A stretch of DNA of 64,000 bases from a virus. The stretch is taken from positions 118,678-182,677 of IMG/VR virus record IMGVR_UViG_3300028920_002946; one strand, written 5' to 3'. Each line of letters starts with the position of its first letter. Within the stretch, counting starts at the first letter, position 1. Under the pieces are notes generated by a model, which did no database searches, was not told the DNA's origin, and saw nothing but the letters and a program-made list of their open reading frames with translations. Shown here one piece after another: positions 9,183 through 18,500 of this stretch. The translations under genes and the position numbers were made by a program.

Positions 9183-9605
9183 TCACAGCCTGTCGCCCCT
9201 CTTCATGTCGATCCGCATGCTGCCGAACGCCACGTCGCCGTCCCGCCCGTAGGCCAGGATGTCGCCGGGCCGCACGGACACCTTGCGTATGGCGCATTTT
9301 CTCACGGGGTCCATGAACCGGAGGGTGTCCTTCGCCCTCCGCTCCTCCGCATATGCGTGGTACGCGCCGCCCCAGACGCCCTCGTCGCCGTCGGGCGGAC
9401 CCCCGCCCCCGAACGGGTCGACGGCCGTCAGAATCCCCCCGTCGTCGGACAGCTCGTCGGAGTAGCGGGACTGGGCCTGGAACAGCGGCGCGAGCCTGTT
9501 TCCGTCAACGATGGAGAACACCTTCCAGAACTCGACGTCCTGGCCGGCCTTCTTGATCTCGCGCAGGGCCTTCTTCGTCTTTTTCCTGTCCACCACCAAA
9601 CACAT
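9183..9605 (-). CDS. Hypothetical protein
   Basis: ORF packed in the operon. Confidence 0.55.
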   Translation of the reverse strand: MCLVVDRKKTKKALREIKKAGQDVEFWKVFSIVDGNRLAPLFQAQSRYSDELSDDGGILTAVDPFGGGGPPDGDEGVWGGAYHAYAEERRAKDTLRFMDPVRKCAIRKVSVRPGDILAYGRDGDVAFGSMRIDMKRGDRL

Positions 9606-9613
9606 GGGTCGCC

Positions 9614-10000
9614 TCAGTCTATGTCAAGGTCGTCCGAGCCGCAACGGGGGCACCTCTTGTCGGGCTCCCTCTTGAAGTCGCCGTACGTGCGCCACCTCTG
9701 GTCCCCCAGCTTCCGGAGCATGCGCCGGAACTGCCACCATATGAGCCACCAGGAGTGCGGGTCGCGCCTCCCCCACCCGCACTCGTCGGCGAACCATTGG
9801 TCGTGGTCCATCCGCCGCGGCCACCAATACTCGCTGACGTATGACAGGAAGAGGGAGAAGGGGTTGTAGCCCCACCCCACACGCACCGGCCACCGGACGA
9901 AGTCGAAGTAGCCGCCAAAACGCCCAACCTTCAGACCGAAGTCCCAAAAGTCGTCCTGCGACCAATGGCAGGAGTGGCAGTGGAGGTACGCCATGGTCAT
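9614..10000 (-). CDS. Trp-rich hypothetical protein with terminal CxxC pairs
   Basis: CHSC and CPRC; ATGA overlap with upstream gene. Confidence 0.6.
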   Translation of the reverse strand: MTMAYLHCHSCHWSQDDFWDFGLKVGRFGGYFDFVRWPVRVGWGYNPFSLFLSYVSEYWWPRRMDHDQWFADECGWGRRDPHSWWLIWWQFRRMLRKLGDQRWRTYGDFKREPDKRCPRCGSDDLDID

Positions 10001-10929
10001 ATCCTCATCAGTCTGGCGACCGTCGCCTCGAGGAGCTCGCGCCTGGGCAGCCGGGAGACCCTCGACGACACGTCCGCCGCGGAGAGAAGGTCCATAAGCC
10101 TGAGTATCCTGCCGCGCCCGAGCTGGGCCGCCACCGGCGCGATCTTGGTCCTCACTATGTACGGCGGGAGGCCCAGCAGCCCCGCCACGTCCTCGTTTGA
10201 CATCCCCGCGTCCTTGTGCAGCGAGCAGAGGTACAGCCTCCTCGCCTGCGCCTGCATGAGGTGCACGAGCGAGACCAGCTCCCCGGTGTCCATCGTGGAC
10301 GACATGGACAGGGACGGGCCCCACCTCCTGCGCAGCACGGAGTCGACGAGGTCGTACAGCTTCGCGCCCCTCGGGGCGACCATGGCCGACAGGCATGACG
10401 GGCGGTCGAGGCGGCGACCCAGGAACGACAGCTTCCGGCACTCCGACCGTATGGCCGCGAGGTCGGTGCCGTGCCTCTCCACCACCGCCTCCGGGACGTC
10501 GGCGTCGAACTCGCACCCCGCCTTCCGCAGCTGGTGGGCGGCGTAGGCCCTGCACCCCCTCTCGTCGAAGCCCTCGAGGGTGAGCAGCTCGCAGTCGGCC
10601 CTCAGCCTCGTGTACTGCCTGCTTTTGGGGATCGAGCGCCGCTGGACGAAGAGCAGCACGTGGCCCGACGCCGACGAGAGGGCCTGCGAGGCGGCGGCGA
10701 GCCCGTCGGCGTCCAGCTCCCAGAGAACGAGGATCTTGCGGTCGTCGTCGAACAGGCTCGTGCCGACCGCGGCGGACGCGAACCCGACGGGGTCGTCGTG
10801 GACCGACAGCGGCATCGACGGCAGCTCCTCCCGGAGCGAGTCCAGAAGGTCGGACACGAGCGCCGGCTCCTTGGCGTCCACCAATATGCGCCTCGACCCG
10901 GCCTCTATCATCTTGGAGCAGGTGCTCAC
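9997..10929 (-). CDS. holA: DNA polymerase III delta (HolA)-like clamp loader subunit
   Basis: SLFDDDRKILVL, DLAAIRSECRKL, LYDLVDSV..., LGLPPYIV, LSAADVSSR pattern of delta subunits. Confidence 0.7.
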   Translation of the reverse strand: MSTCSKMIEAGSRRILVDAKEPALVSDLLDSLREELPSMPLSVHDDPVGFASAAVGTSLFDDDRKILVLWELDADGLAAASQALSSASGHVLLFVQRRSIPKSRQYTRLRADCELLTLEGFDERGCRAYAAHQLRKAGCEFDADVPEAVVERHGTDLAAIRSECRKLSFLGRRLDRPSCLSAMVAPRGAKLYDLVDSVLRRRWGPSLSMSSTMDTGELVSLVHLMQAQARRLYLCSLHKDAGMSNEDVAGLLGLPPYIVRTKIAPVAAQLGRGRILRLMDLLSAADVSSRVSRLPRRELLEATVARLMRI

Positions 10930-11198
10930 CGGGACATCCTCCTGGCGAACGACAGCCTGCCGCCGGCGCTGGAGAACCACTTCCTCTCCTCGACCGTCAT
11001 CTCGCCCCTGTCGACGGAGAGCTTCAGCGGGACGATGCCGATCGCAACGCGCCCGACCATGGACCGCCGGGACACCTCGCGCCGGAAGCCGCACTGCCTG
11101 CGCGCGGGGTCGTCTTGGAGCTCCCAGCGCCCCCTGTTCCTGCGCATCACCCTCTTCAACTCCTTGAAACTCTTGGCAATAACCTCCCTGCCCTTCAT
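10926..11198 (-). CDS. Small basic hypothetical protein
   Basis: Overlapping stop/start with both neighbours. Confidence 0.5.
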   Translation of the reverse strand: MKGREVIAKSFKELKRVMRRNRGRWELQDDPARRQCGFRREVSRRSMVGRVAIGIVPLKLSVDRGEMTVEERKWFSSAGGRLSFARRMSR

Positions 11199-12181
11199 TG
11201 GATCCCCCTTGCCTCCATGGACTGTTTGACGTACGCCGCCATCCACCCGATCGCCGCGAACAGGCGCGGGCCCGGCTTGAGGTTCAGGGGCGACCGCGCC
11301 GCGTCCAGAACCTCGGACAGCCTCGCGCACGAGGCTATGCAGGCATCGTCGCCCCACCGCTCCGTCAAGGCGTCTATCTCGGCGGCCTTCGACTGGCTGG
11401 ATATCTGCAAAGGGCTGTCATAATGCGTCTTGAGGATGTCGGACAGCGCGGACAGCATGGCCTCGGCGAAGTGCACGGACTCACCGGCCTCGTCGGCGGC
11501 CTGCGCCGCGGACAGGACGTCGTCGACGGAGCCGGACGCGACCGACCTCAGCGCCCCCGGCATCTGGTCGAGGTAGTAGGAGTACCTCGCGTACTCCCGC
11601 AGCACGCTGCGGCTGAGGTAGGGCATCGCCCTGCAGACATCGTCGAGGTTCGCGCGCGAGTGCCCCTGCCTCCTCAGTATCTCGGAGACGTCCGACGGCG
11701 ACAGCGGCCCGAACCTCACCGGCGTCGCCCTGGACCTCACCGCCGGGCTGAGCCTGCCCTCGTCCGACGCGACCATGACGACGACGGCGCCCGCCACCTC
11801 CTCCAGCGTCTTCAGCAGCCCGTAGGAGGCCTGCCTGTTCATCGTCTCGGCGTCGTCGATGACGACCGCGCGCCGCGGCCCCGAGTAGGGCGCCAGGGAC
11901 AGGTGCGAGGCGACCGACTTCGCGTCGGCCGCCTTTATGACCCTTGACGAGCCGCCCACGTGGAGGAGGTCGGGGACGTCCGGGAAAAGCCTGCAGTTCA
12001 CGCAGGCGCAGCCCGGGTCCATCGTCCCGGAGCAGACGGCCATCCTCGCGAACTCCCTCGCGACGGCGTTCTTGCCCACCGACCCCGGGCCGTGGAACAG
12101 GTAGACACCGGAGGGGTCGCCGGACAGCGCCTTTTCCAGAAGGGACAGCACCTCCTTGTGGCCCACTATCCTCTCGAACAC
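11195..12181 (-). CDS. holB: DNA polymerase III delta-prime-like clamp loader subunit
   Basis: FERIVGH, YLFHGPGSVGK, CxxxxxxCxCxxC, IDDAETMN, LLKTLEE, VRSR. Confidence 0.85.
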   Translation of the reverse strand: MFERIVGHKEVLSLLEKALSGDPSGVYLFHGPGSVGKNAVAREFARMAVCSGTMDPGCACVNCRLFPDVPDLLHVGGSSRVIKAADAKSVASHLSLAPYSGPRRAVVIDDAETMNRQASYGLLKTLEEVAGAVVVMVASDEGRLSPAVRSRATPVRFGPLSPSDVSEILRRQGHSRANLDDVCRAMPYLSRSVLREYARYSYYLDQMPGALRSVASGSVDDVLSAAQAADEAGESVHFAEAMLSALSDILKTHYDSPLQISSQSKAAEIDALTERWGDDACIASCARLSEVLDAARSPLNLKPGPRLFAAIGWMAAYVKQSMEARGIQ

Positions 12182-12211
12182 GGCAGGCTCCGATTTTTCC
12201 GGTCTCGCTTT

Positions 12212-12243
12212 GCCGGGCGGCGAAGCCCCCGGCGCGTTTTTTC
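12212..12243 (+). terminator. Hairpin plus U-tract (plus-strand terminator-like)
   Basis: GCCGGG...CCCGGC followed by GCGTTTTTT. Confidence 0.4.
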
Positions 12244-12275
12244 TCTTCTGTATTGGCTACGGTATTTGTTGTTTC
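12243..12275. repeat. 33-bp exact direct repeat, copy 1
   Basis: CTCTTCTGTATTGGCTACGGTATTTGTTGTTTC, identical at 13080-13112. Confidence 0.9.
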
Positions 12276-12541
12276 GGCTCGTTCTCATGCCATTTCGTCG
12301 ACCGTCGCAACCCGTTGCCACTCATAAGGTTGCGGCTGAAGGCCTGCGGCTCCTCCGCCGCTCGGCGGAAGCGTCCAGTGGGCGGTTGAACCCCTCCCAT
12401 GCGGGAGTGGGCAGGTTCTGACGCGTGCGGGCAGGCCCCCTTCCGGCATTCTTTCCCCCGCCGCTCGCCGTCCCCTATGTCCCCCTGCCGAGGGGGCCTT
12501 CGGTCGCGGCTGCCATAACGGGGTGAGTCCCGCACAACGCG

Positions 12542-12570
12542 AATATAACGGCATGGCACGCCCGTTTTAC
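12542..12570 (-). promoter_or_regulatory. TATATT-type promoter ~360 nt upstream of holB
   Basis: GTAAAA-17-TATATT; shares GCCATGCCGTTATATT with the promoter at 5018. Confidence 0.55.
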
Positions 12571-12641
12571 CCAACTTTCTGCGGTAGGCCGGACGCGGCC
12601 GGCAGAATCCCGCCGCGAGCGGTCGGAAACGCCCGCCCGAA

Positions 12642-13004
12642 TCACGGTCCCTCCCCCGATGCGGCCCCCTCGAAGGACGAAACGACATTTTCCGTCCATC
12701 CGGGGCAGCTTTTCAGCACCTCCGGGTGCGTGCTGTACAGGTCGAACGCCACCACGCAGTCCGCCCTCTCCATAAGGACGGGCGGCACCTTGGCGGGGGA
12801 GACCCTGCGCCTCGTCTTGTGCCTGAACACGATGTCCCTGCCGGGCATGTCGGACAGCGCCCCCTCGACGATGGCGGACTGCGCCTCGGCCGACAGGAGC
12901 GCGTTGATGTTCACCAGGGCGGCGCCCGGCAGGGCCCCCTTGGACAGGAAGTCCGTGAACATGCCTATGGACACCGGGTCGGGCGACGTGACTGCCACAA
13001 TCAT
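12642..13004 (-). CDS. Hypothetical protein
   Basis: GGAGG RBS; TATATT promoter at 13038-13043. Confidence 0.6.
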   Translation of the reverse strand: MIVAVTSPDPVSIGMFTDFLSKGALPGAALVNINALLSAEAQSAIVEGALSDMPGRDIVFRHKTRRRVSPAKVPPVLMERADCVVAFDLYSTHPEVLKSCPGWTENVVSSFEGAASGEGP

Positions 13005-13079
13005 ACCTTCCTCCCTTCAGGTTCGGGCCGCACCCATAATATAACGGATGGACCCTCCGGGATCCAACGGTCTCCCCGC

Positions 13080-13112
13080 CTCTTCTGTATTGGCTACGGT
13101 ATTTGTTGTTTC
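13080..13112. repeat. 33-bp exact direct repeat, copy 2
   Basis: Identical to 12243-12275. Confidence 0.9.
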
Positions 13113-13233
13113 CACTCCCGCTCCGCGGGAGCGGGGAACAGATCCATACTTCGTATGTATCTATTCCTTAAGGAGGGGGATCCGGGAACGGGGATCCGGG
13201 AGGGGGGCCGCGAAAATTTATCAAGTTCGCCGT

Positions 13234-13262
13234 TTAATGCCGGGGCGTCTTCGTAGTATATT
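13234..13262 (+). promoter_or_regulatory. Promoter TTAATG-17-TATATT
   Basis: Heads the plus-strand methylase block. Confidence 0.6.
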
Positions 13263-13292
13263 CGAACATAGGCAAACCTGAAAGGACAGGGC

Positions 13293-13673
13293 GTGGAAGG
13301 CGAACTGCAGGAGAGGATGGACGAGTTCAACGAACTGCTGCTCCGCAACACGGCGCTCACCTTCAGCACGGAGGGGGTGACCCGCGACCTGAAGGCGCTG
13401 CTGGCCAGGAAGGCCGATTTCGTCGCGCAGTCGGCGGACGCCGCCGCCAGGATCGCCGCGGCGCCCTGCAAGTCGGCTGTCAGGTCCAAGTCCGTGGACG
13501 AACTCGTCAGGCACGTGGTCGAGGAGATCAAGGGCACGAACTCGACCCTCAACTACGTCATCATGAAGGTTGTCGAGCGGGAGCAGGCCCTGTCGACGGA
13601 GGCCGAGGACTCAAAGCCCAAGCGGAAACCGCCGAAAAGGACTCGAAGGCGCAAGGGGCCGGGCGGTGCCTGA
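13293..13673 (+). CDS. Hypothetical protein
   Basis: GTG start after RBS; basic tail. Confidence 0.6.
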   Translation: MEGELQERMDEFNELLLRNTALTFSTEGVTRDLKALLARKADFVAQSADAAARIAAAPCKSAVRSKSVDELVRHVVEEIKGTNSTLNYVIMKVVEREQALSTEAEDSKPKRKPPKRTRRRKGPGGA

Positions 13674-14196
13674 GCCCGAAAAAGACATCCTGTCCGGCAT
13701 ACACCGGGACATCGAGGAGAACGGCTTCTCCTGGCCCGTGGGGCAGGAGCTGCTGATGACCAAGACGGGGGTGCGCCCGAGCGGGGGCGGCGATAACCAC
13801 GAGGTTTGGACAACGCTCGTGTTCGAGAGGACCGTCGTCGAGATGCGCGCCGCGGAGTGGTGCGGGTATTCGAAGTACGGCGTGGAGATACGCGCCGAGG
13901 ACAGGAATTGGGAAGAGGAGGCCGCAGGCTCCATGCCCATAACAGGCCCGAGGGGGATCGGAGGCGTTATGGACAAGGAAGTTCTGGAACAGCACGAAGA
14001 GCTGAGGCTGAGGGTCGAGGTTCTGTCGGCGAAGCAGGAGATGCTGAGGAGGGCGATTGAAACCGGCACGCACGCGATGACCACGTGCGTGAAGTCCGGC
14101 GTCGACGCGGACAAGGGGCTGCCGGACATGGTGGAGGCGGCCGTCGTCATGTTGCGCCGCAGCCTGGACGACATGGAAGGCCAACTCGAACTGTAA
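13666..14196 (+). CDS. Hypothetical protein
   Basis: GTG start overlapping upstream stop. Confidence 0.55.
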   Translation: MPEPEKDILSGIHRDIEENGFSWPVGQELLMTKTGVRPSGGGDNHEVWTTLVFERTVVEMRAAEWCGYSKYGVEIRAEDRNWEEEAAGSMPITGPRGIGGVMDKEVLEQHEELRLRVEVLSAKQEMLRRAIETGTHAMTTCVKSGVDADKGLPDMVEAAVVMLRRSLDDMEGQLEL

Positions 14197-14257
14197 CCCT
14201 CGAGGCCCCGTGAGCGGGGGCCTGCGGCTGTATGCTTTAAGCGAACGATTGTATGCC

Positions 14258-17200
14258 ATGACCATACGATACGGCAGCGTGTGCAGCGGGATAGAGGCGG
14301 CGACGGTCGCGTGGCACCCCCTGGGGTGGGAGCCGGCCTGGTTCAGCGAAATCGAGGCGTTCCCGAAGGAGGTGCTGAGGCACCATTACCCGCACGTCCC
14401 CGACTTGGGGGACATGACCAGGATAGCCACGGCGATCCGTGGCGGGACGGTCGAGGCCCCGGATGTGCTGGTGGGCGGGACGCCGTGCTTCACCGAGGAC
14501 ACGGTAGTGTTGACCAAGCGCGGGTTGCTGCCAATTAACGAGGTGGTGCCCGGAGATTGGGCGTGGACACACCAAAACAGGTGGAGAAGGGTTGTCGCCT
14601 CCATGTCGAGGCTGGCGGACACCATCGTCCTCAAGGGACAGGGCCACCACGGCCTTGAGACGACCATGGAACACCCCTTCCTTGCCAGGGAGAAGAAATC
14701 GAGGACGACCCGAAAAAACGGCAAACCCATTCGAAAGACATGGGTAGAACCCCCTGAGTGGGTTGATGCCTATGCCATGAGCGGATCGTTTTGGGCCACG
14801 CCGAGTCACATCAACAAGATCCAAATGCCGAAGTTCAAACTCCGCAGTAGCGAAGGCCGCAATCTGCCAAACGGATTCGACGAGGACTTCTTCTGGTTTT
14901 TGGGGGCCTGGGTAGGCGATGGCTGGCTACGCACAGATCAAAGGTCTAACAGGCCAAAAGGCCAGATAAACGGGCACGTGCTTCTTTGTGGAAACAAAAA
15001 AGACCGTGAATTCCTGGAGGGCAAGATAGCCAAGACGGGCCTGTCGGCATCCGTTGCAAATGAACGAACAACTGTGCGCTTCCAGATATCGTCAAAGCCC
15101 CTCTGCCGATGGATCGAGAGGCACTTTGGCAGATATGCCGACGGTAAGAAAATACCAGCATGGATGTTCGGGGCTCCCGAAAAAATCAGAAATGCATTCC
15201 TTGACGGATACATGTTTGCCGACGGCGGCCGCTACACACAGCCAAAAGGCGGTGGAAAGCTGTACAGGTCCGCATCCATCAACAGGCACCTCGTGGTTGG
15301 TCTCAAGATGCTGTACGCCACCCTCGGACGCGCTTCCACTGTTGTGCGCTGCTCCCCGAAAAGGGACCTCAAGATAGAGGGTAGAAAGGTCAAGGAAAGA
15401 CCGTTCTACCAGCTGTCCGTATACGACAAGTCGCGCAGTGCGTTCTTCGCCGACGGGTTTCTGTGGGGAAAGGTGAGAAGAGTCTGTAAAGGCCGCAAAA
15501 AGATAAGAGTCTACAACATTGAGGTGGCGGACGACAATTCGTACGTCGCCGACGGGTACGTTGTACACAACTGTCAGGCGTTTTCGGTCGCGGGCCTTAG
15601 GAGGTCGCTTGACGACGAGCGGGGAAACCTGTCACTGGAGTACGTGAGGATAGCCGATGCAATTGACGACGTTCGATCTGTTCGAGGAGAACAGCCAGTC
15701 ACCACCCTCTGGGAAAACGTCCCGGGGGTCCTCAACACCAAGGACAATGCCTTCGGATGCCTTTTGGGAGCACTTGCCGGCGAAGACGTGCCAATGGAAC
15801 CGCCAGGGGGAAGATGGAAGAACGCTGGTTGTGTGTTTGGACCCAAAAGGTCCATATGTTGGCGAGTACTTGATGCCCAATTTTTCGGTCTCGCCCAGAG
15901 ACGCCGACGTGTGTTTGTTGTCTCAAGTGCTAGAGAGGGGTTCCGTCCACAGGAAATACTATTTGAGTTCGAAGGCGGCCGCGGGGATACTGCGCCGGGC
16001 CGAGAGGAGGGGCAAGGAGCTGCCGGGCCAGCTCAGGGCGGCGCTGGAGCAGGCGGCGCGAACACCTACGACCTGAGGGGCCACGGGGACGGCGACACGA
16101 TCAACGCCCTCGTGGGCGACCACGCCAACCGCCCCACCGACTACACCCCCGTCGTGACGCACGAGCCGGAGCCGCCCCGCGACACCGCGTCGACCCTGAC
16201 GGCCCGCTACCCCGGCGCGAGCCACCAGTGGGCGCCCCACAACGAGGCCGACAACCTCATACCCATGAAGTCGGTGCTCCCGTTCGACACCACGCAGGTG
16301 ACATCCAAGTACAACTACAGCCACCCGAAGGAGGGCGACCCGTGCCACCCGCTCGCTGCGGGCGCGCACCCGCCGGCGGTGGCCATGGGGTCGGAGACCG
16401 GGCAGGTGGCCGTGGACGTCCGCAACGGCACCCTGGGGGACACGTCGCAGACGGTGCAGTCCGGCGGGGCAAGCCCCAGCGAGAACACCATCCCGCACGT
16501 GATATCGCTGCAGGATGTCGGGGCGCGCGACAAGGCCCAGAACGGGCGCGGATGGAACGACGATGGTGTCAGCTACACGGTGGACGCCGCGGCCACGCAG
16601 GGTGTCGCCTTCGGGGCAGATCTGTCGCAGAAGGCCGAGGGGATAGGGTTCAAGGAGGAGCAGGCGCCGTGCGTGGCCCCCGGCACGCACCCCGGGCACG
16701 GGACTCATGCGATTGTACCCATGTCCGGCGAGACCGGGGCCTGCATGGCGTTCAGCTCCAAGGATGACGGACGAGACGCCTCGGAGGAGGTGTCGCCGAC
16801 CCTGAGGGCCGGGGCGCACGACGGGAGCCACGCCAACAGCGGGGCCCCGCCGGCGGTCGTGACTGAGATGGAGCCGCTCGCCTTCAAGGCGGGGCAGGGT
16901 CCGAAGGCGAGGAGCCTGGGTATAGGGGAGAACGTGTCGCCCACGCTCACCAGCGAAGACAGCGGGAACACGCGCACCCCGACCGTGGCGTTCCAGGCGT
17001 GCGGCGCCCGGGCCGACCCCGGCGTCAGCTGCAGCGAGGAGCGCGCCTACACCCTCCCGGCGAACCCGATGAGCGACCGCGGCCAGGCCGTGGCCTTCAA
17101 GTCGAGCCACTACACCAGGGGCAAGGACGGGGCGCCGTCGGAGGTCTGCCCGCCCCCGACGAAGGAGGCGGACAAGGGCGACCAGGACCCGCTCGTGCTC

Positions 17201-17437
17201 GCCGGCGACGAGCCGCCCGCCCGCAGGGTCTACCAGGTGCGCAGGCTCACTGCTCGTGAATGCGAGCGTTTGCAAGGGTTCCCGGACGACTACACCCGGA
17301 TACCGTGGAGGAAAAAGGGGGCGGAGGACTGCCCGGATGGCCCCAGGTACAAAAGCCTTGGTAACAGCATGGCCGTCACGGTCATGGCGTGGATAGGCCG
17401 GAGGATAGACGCTCACCTAAAAGGCGGCACCGCATGA
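14258..17437 (+). CDS. C5 cytosine DNA methyltransferase 1 (intein-containing, long repeated variable region)
   Basis: SVCSGIEAA (I), GGTP|CQ (IV), ENVPG (VI), QRRRRVF (VIII), RRLTARECERLQGFP (IX), YKSLGNS (X). Confidence 0.9.
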   Translation: MTIRYGSVCSGIEAATVAWHPLGWEPAWFSEIEAFPKEVLRHHYPHVPDLGDMTRIATAIRGGTVEAPDVLVGGTPCFTEDTVVLTKRGLLPINEVVPGDWAWTHQNRWRRVVASMSRLADTIVLKGQGHHGLETTMEHPFLAREKKSRTTRKNGKPIRKTWVEPPEWVDAYAMSGSFWATPSHINKIQMPKFKLRSSEGRNLPNGFDEDFFWFLGAWVGDGWLRTDQRSNRPKGQINGHVLLCGNKKDREFLEGKIAKTGLSASVANERTTVRFQISSKPLCRWIERHFGRYADGKKIPAWMFGAPEKIRNAFLDGYMFADGGRYTQPKGGGKLYRSASINRHLVVGLKMLYATLGRASTVVRCSPKRDLKIEGRKVKERPFYQLSVYDKSRSAFFADGFLWGKVRRVCKGRKKIRVYNIEVADDNSYVADGYVVHNCQAFSVAGLRRSLDDERGNLSLEYVRIADAIDDVRSVRGEQPVTTLWENVPGVLNTKDNAFGCLLGALAGEDVPMEPPGGRWKNAGCVFGPKRSICWRVLDAQFFGLAQRRRRVFVVSSAREGFRPQEILFEFEGGRGDTAPGREEGQGAAGPAQGGAGAGGANTYDLRGHGDGDTINALVGDHANRPTDYTPVVTHEPEPPRDTASTLTARYPGASHQWAPHNEADNLIPMKSVLPFDTTQVTSKYNYSHPKEGDPCHPLAAGAHPPAVAMGSETGQVAVDVRNGTLGDTSQTVQSGGASPSENTIPHVISLQDVGARDKAQNGRGWNDDGVSYTVDAAATQGVAFGADLSQKAEGIGFKEEQAPCVAPGTHPGHGTHAIVPMSGETGACMAFSSKDDGRDASEEVSPTLRAGAHDGSHANSGAPPAVVTEMEPLAFKAGQGPKARSLGIGENVSPTLTSEDSGNTRTPTVAFQACGARADPGVSCSEERAYTLPANPMSDRGQAVAFKSSHYTRGKDGAPSEVCPPPTKEADKGDQDPLVLAGDEPPARRVYQVRRLTARECERLQGFPDDYTRIPWRKKGAEDCPDGPRYKSLGNSMAVTVMAWIGRRIDAHLKGGTA
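14486..15571 (+). mobile_element. Intein with LAGLIDADG endonuclease, inserted before the catalytic Cys
   Basis: Starts CFTEDT, ends VYNIEVADDNSYVADGYVVHN|C; LGAWVGDGW and LDGYMFADG blocks. Confidence 0.95.
15657..16076 (+). CDS. Overprinted alternative-frame ORF resembling the beta polypeptide of M.EcoHK31I-type methylases
   Basis: GEYLMPN..CLLSQVLE..KYYLSSKAAAGILRRAERRGKELP, in a different frame inside methylase 1. Confidence 0.65.
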   Translation: MQLTTFDLFEENSQSPPSGKTSRGSSTPRTMPSDAFWEHLPAKTCQWNRQGEDGRTLVVCLDPKGPYVGEYLMPNFSVSPRDADVCLLSQVLERGSVHRKYYLSSKAAAGILRRAERRGKELPGQLRAALEQAARTPTT

Positions 17438-17604
17438 GCAATTATGCCTTAGAGAGCGTCTTGGCGAGGGAGTACACCAAGAAAACAGGCCGGGAGGCTT
17501 ACGAATTGGTGCAGGATTGGCGACAGAGGCAACTGTGGTACCCCTCCATGCGATACGTGGTATGGCTCGAGAGCAAACTCCGCAAGGCAGGGAAGGCAAA
17601 ATGA
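17434..17604 (+). CDS. Small hypothetical protein
   Basis: ATGA overlaps at both ends. Confidence 0.55.
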   Translation: MSNYALESVLAREYTKKTGREAYELVQDWRQRQLWYPSMRYVVWLESKLRKAGKAK

Positions 17605-18155
17605 GGATACCCGGGCCCGTCCATTCCATGTACAAGAACGAGCGCGACTACGAGTCGGCCGTGGAGGCCTTGGACAGGTTCATGGGCGAGAGGGCCGAGG
17701 TGCCGTCCGAGGACGCCGCGGACCACCTCAAGGGGGTCGTCGGCTACGCGTGCCGCAGCCACCTCGTCGAGATAGCCATGAGGGACAGGCGCTTCATGAT
17801 GAACGGCGACGAGACCGTCAAGAGGCGCATCATCAAGGATGTGCGGCCGCCCGAGACCCTGTGGTTCGGCACGGTCCTTGGCATGGTGGACTCGTTCGTG
17901 AGGAACGGGGCGTCCAGCAAGACCAAGGGGTACATAAAGGTCCACGGGACCCCGGGGGCGGCCCTCATCCACGCCAGGCGGTACAAGATGCGCGGGCGCA
18001 TGGCGGCCGTCAAGGTGGACGCCGAGGCCATGGTGGCGGACGGCAAGAGGTTCACCATGTACGAGGACGGTGTCTACTGCGTGAGGAGCATAGAACCGGG
18101 GTACTTCGTGAGGCTCGACGGAGGACCCGTGATCGAAATGGAGAGCCCGTACTAG
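17601..18155 (+). CDS. Divergent KptA/Tpt1 (RNA 2'-phosphotransferase)-like protein
   Basis: PPETLWFGT, VKVDAEAMVADGKRF..EDGVYCV..IEPGYF match the Tpt1 NAD-binding lobe; RH and RAxQGH motifs absent. Confidence 0.65.
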   Translation: MRIPGPVHSMYKNERDYESAVEALDRFMGERAEVPSEDAADHLKGVVGYACRSHLVEIAMRDRRFMMNGDETVKRRIIKDVRPPETLWFGTVLGMVDSFVRNGASSKTKGYIKVHGTPGAALIHARRYKMRGRMAAVKVDAEAMVADGKRFTMYEDGVYCVRSIEPGYFVRLDGGPVIEMESPY

Positions 18156-18194
18156 GGCGCCGCCGGGGCACTTCCACGGAAAGGGGGACGTTTC

Positions 18195-18443
18195 ATGCTC
18201 AAACTGAAGGCTTTCGTCTTGATTTTCCCGCTTATCGGGTTCGTGGTGGCTTCCACGCAATGGGCGTTCATGGACGCGGCCTGCATGTCCGCGCTGACGG
18301 CGATATGGCGCGGGATCTGCGTGGGGGTCGTGTGCGTCGTCGGCGCGGCTCTGCTCCTGGTCCTCTACGGGATGTTCAGGAAGGGGTTGGACTTGGCCGA
18401 GGAGGCCAAGAGGAGAAAGAGGGAGAAGCGGCGGAAACGTTGA
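18195..18443 (+). CDS. Small membrane protein
   Basis: Two hydrophobic segments, basic tail. Confidence 0.55.
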   Translation: MLKLKAFVLIFPLIGFVVASTQWAFMDAACMSALTAIWRGICVGVVCVVGAALLLVLYGMFRKGLDLAEEAKRRKREKRRKR

Positions 18444-18500
18444 CACGTGGGCACGGTGCGCAAGTTCCGTGACAAAGGGCAATAAAGGGGCAATAGGGGT

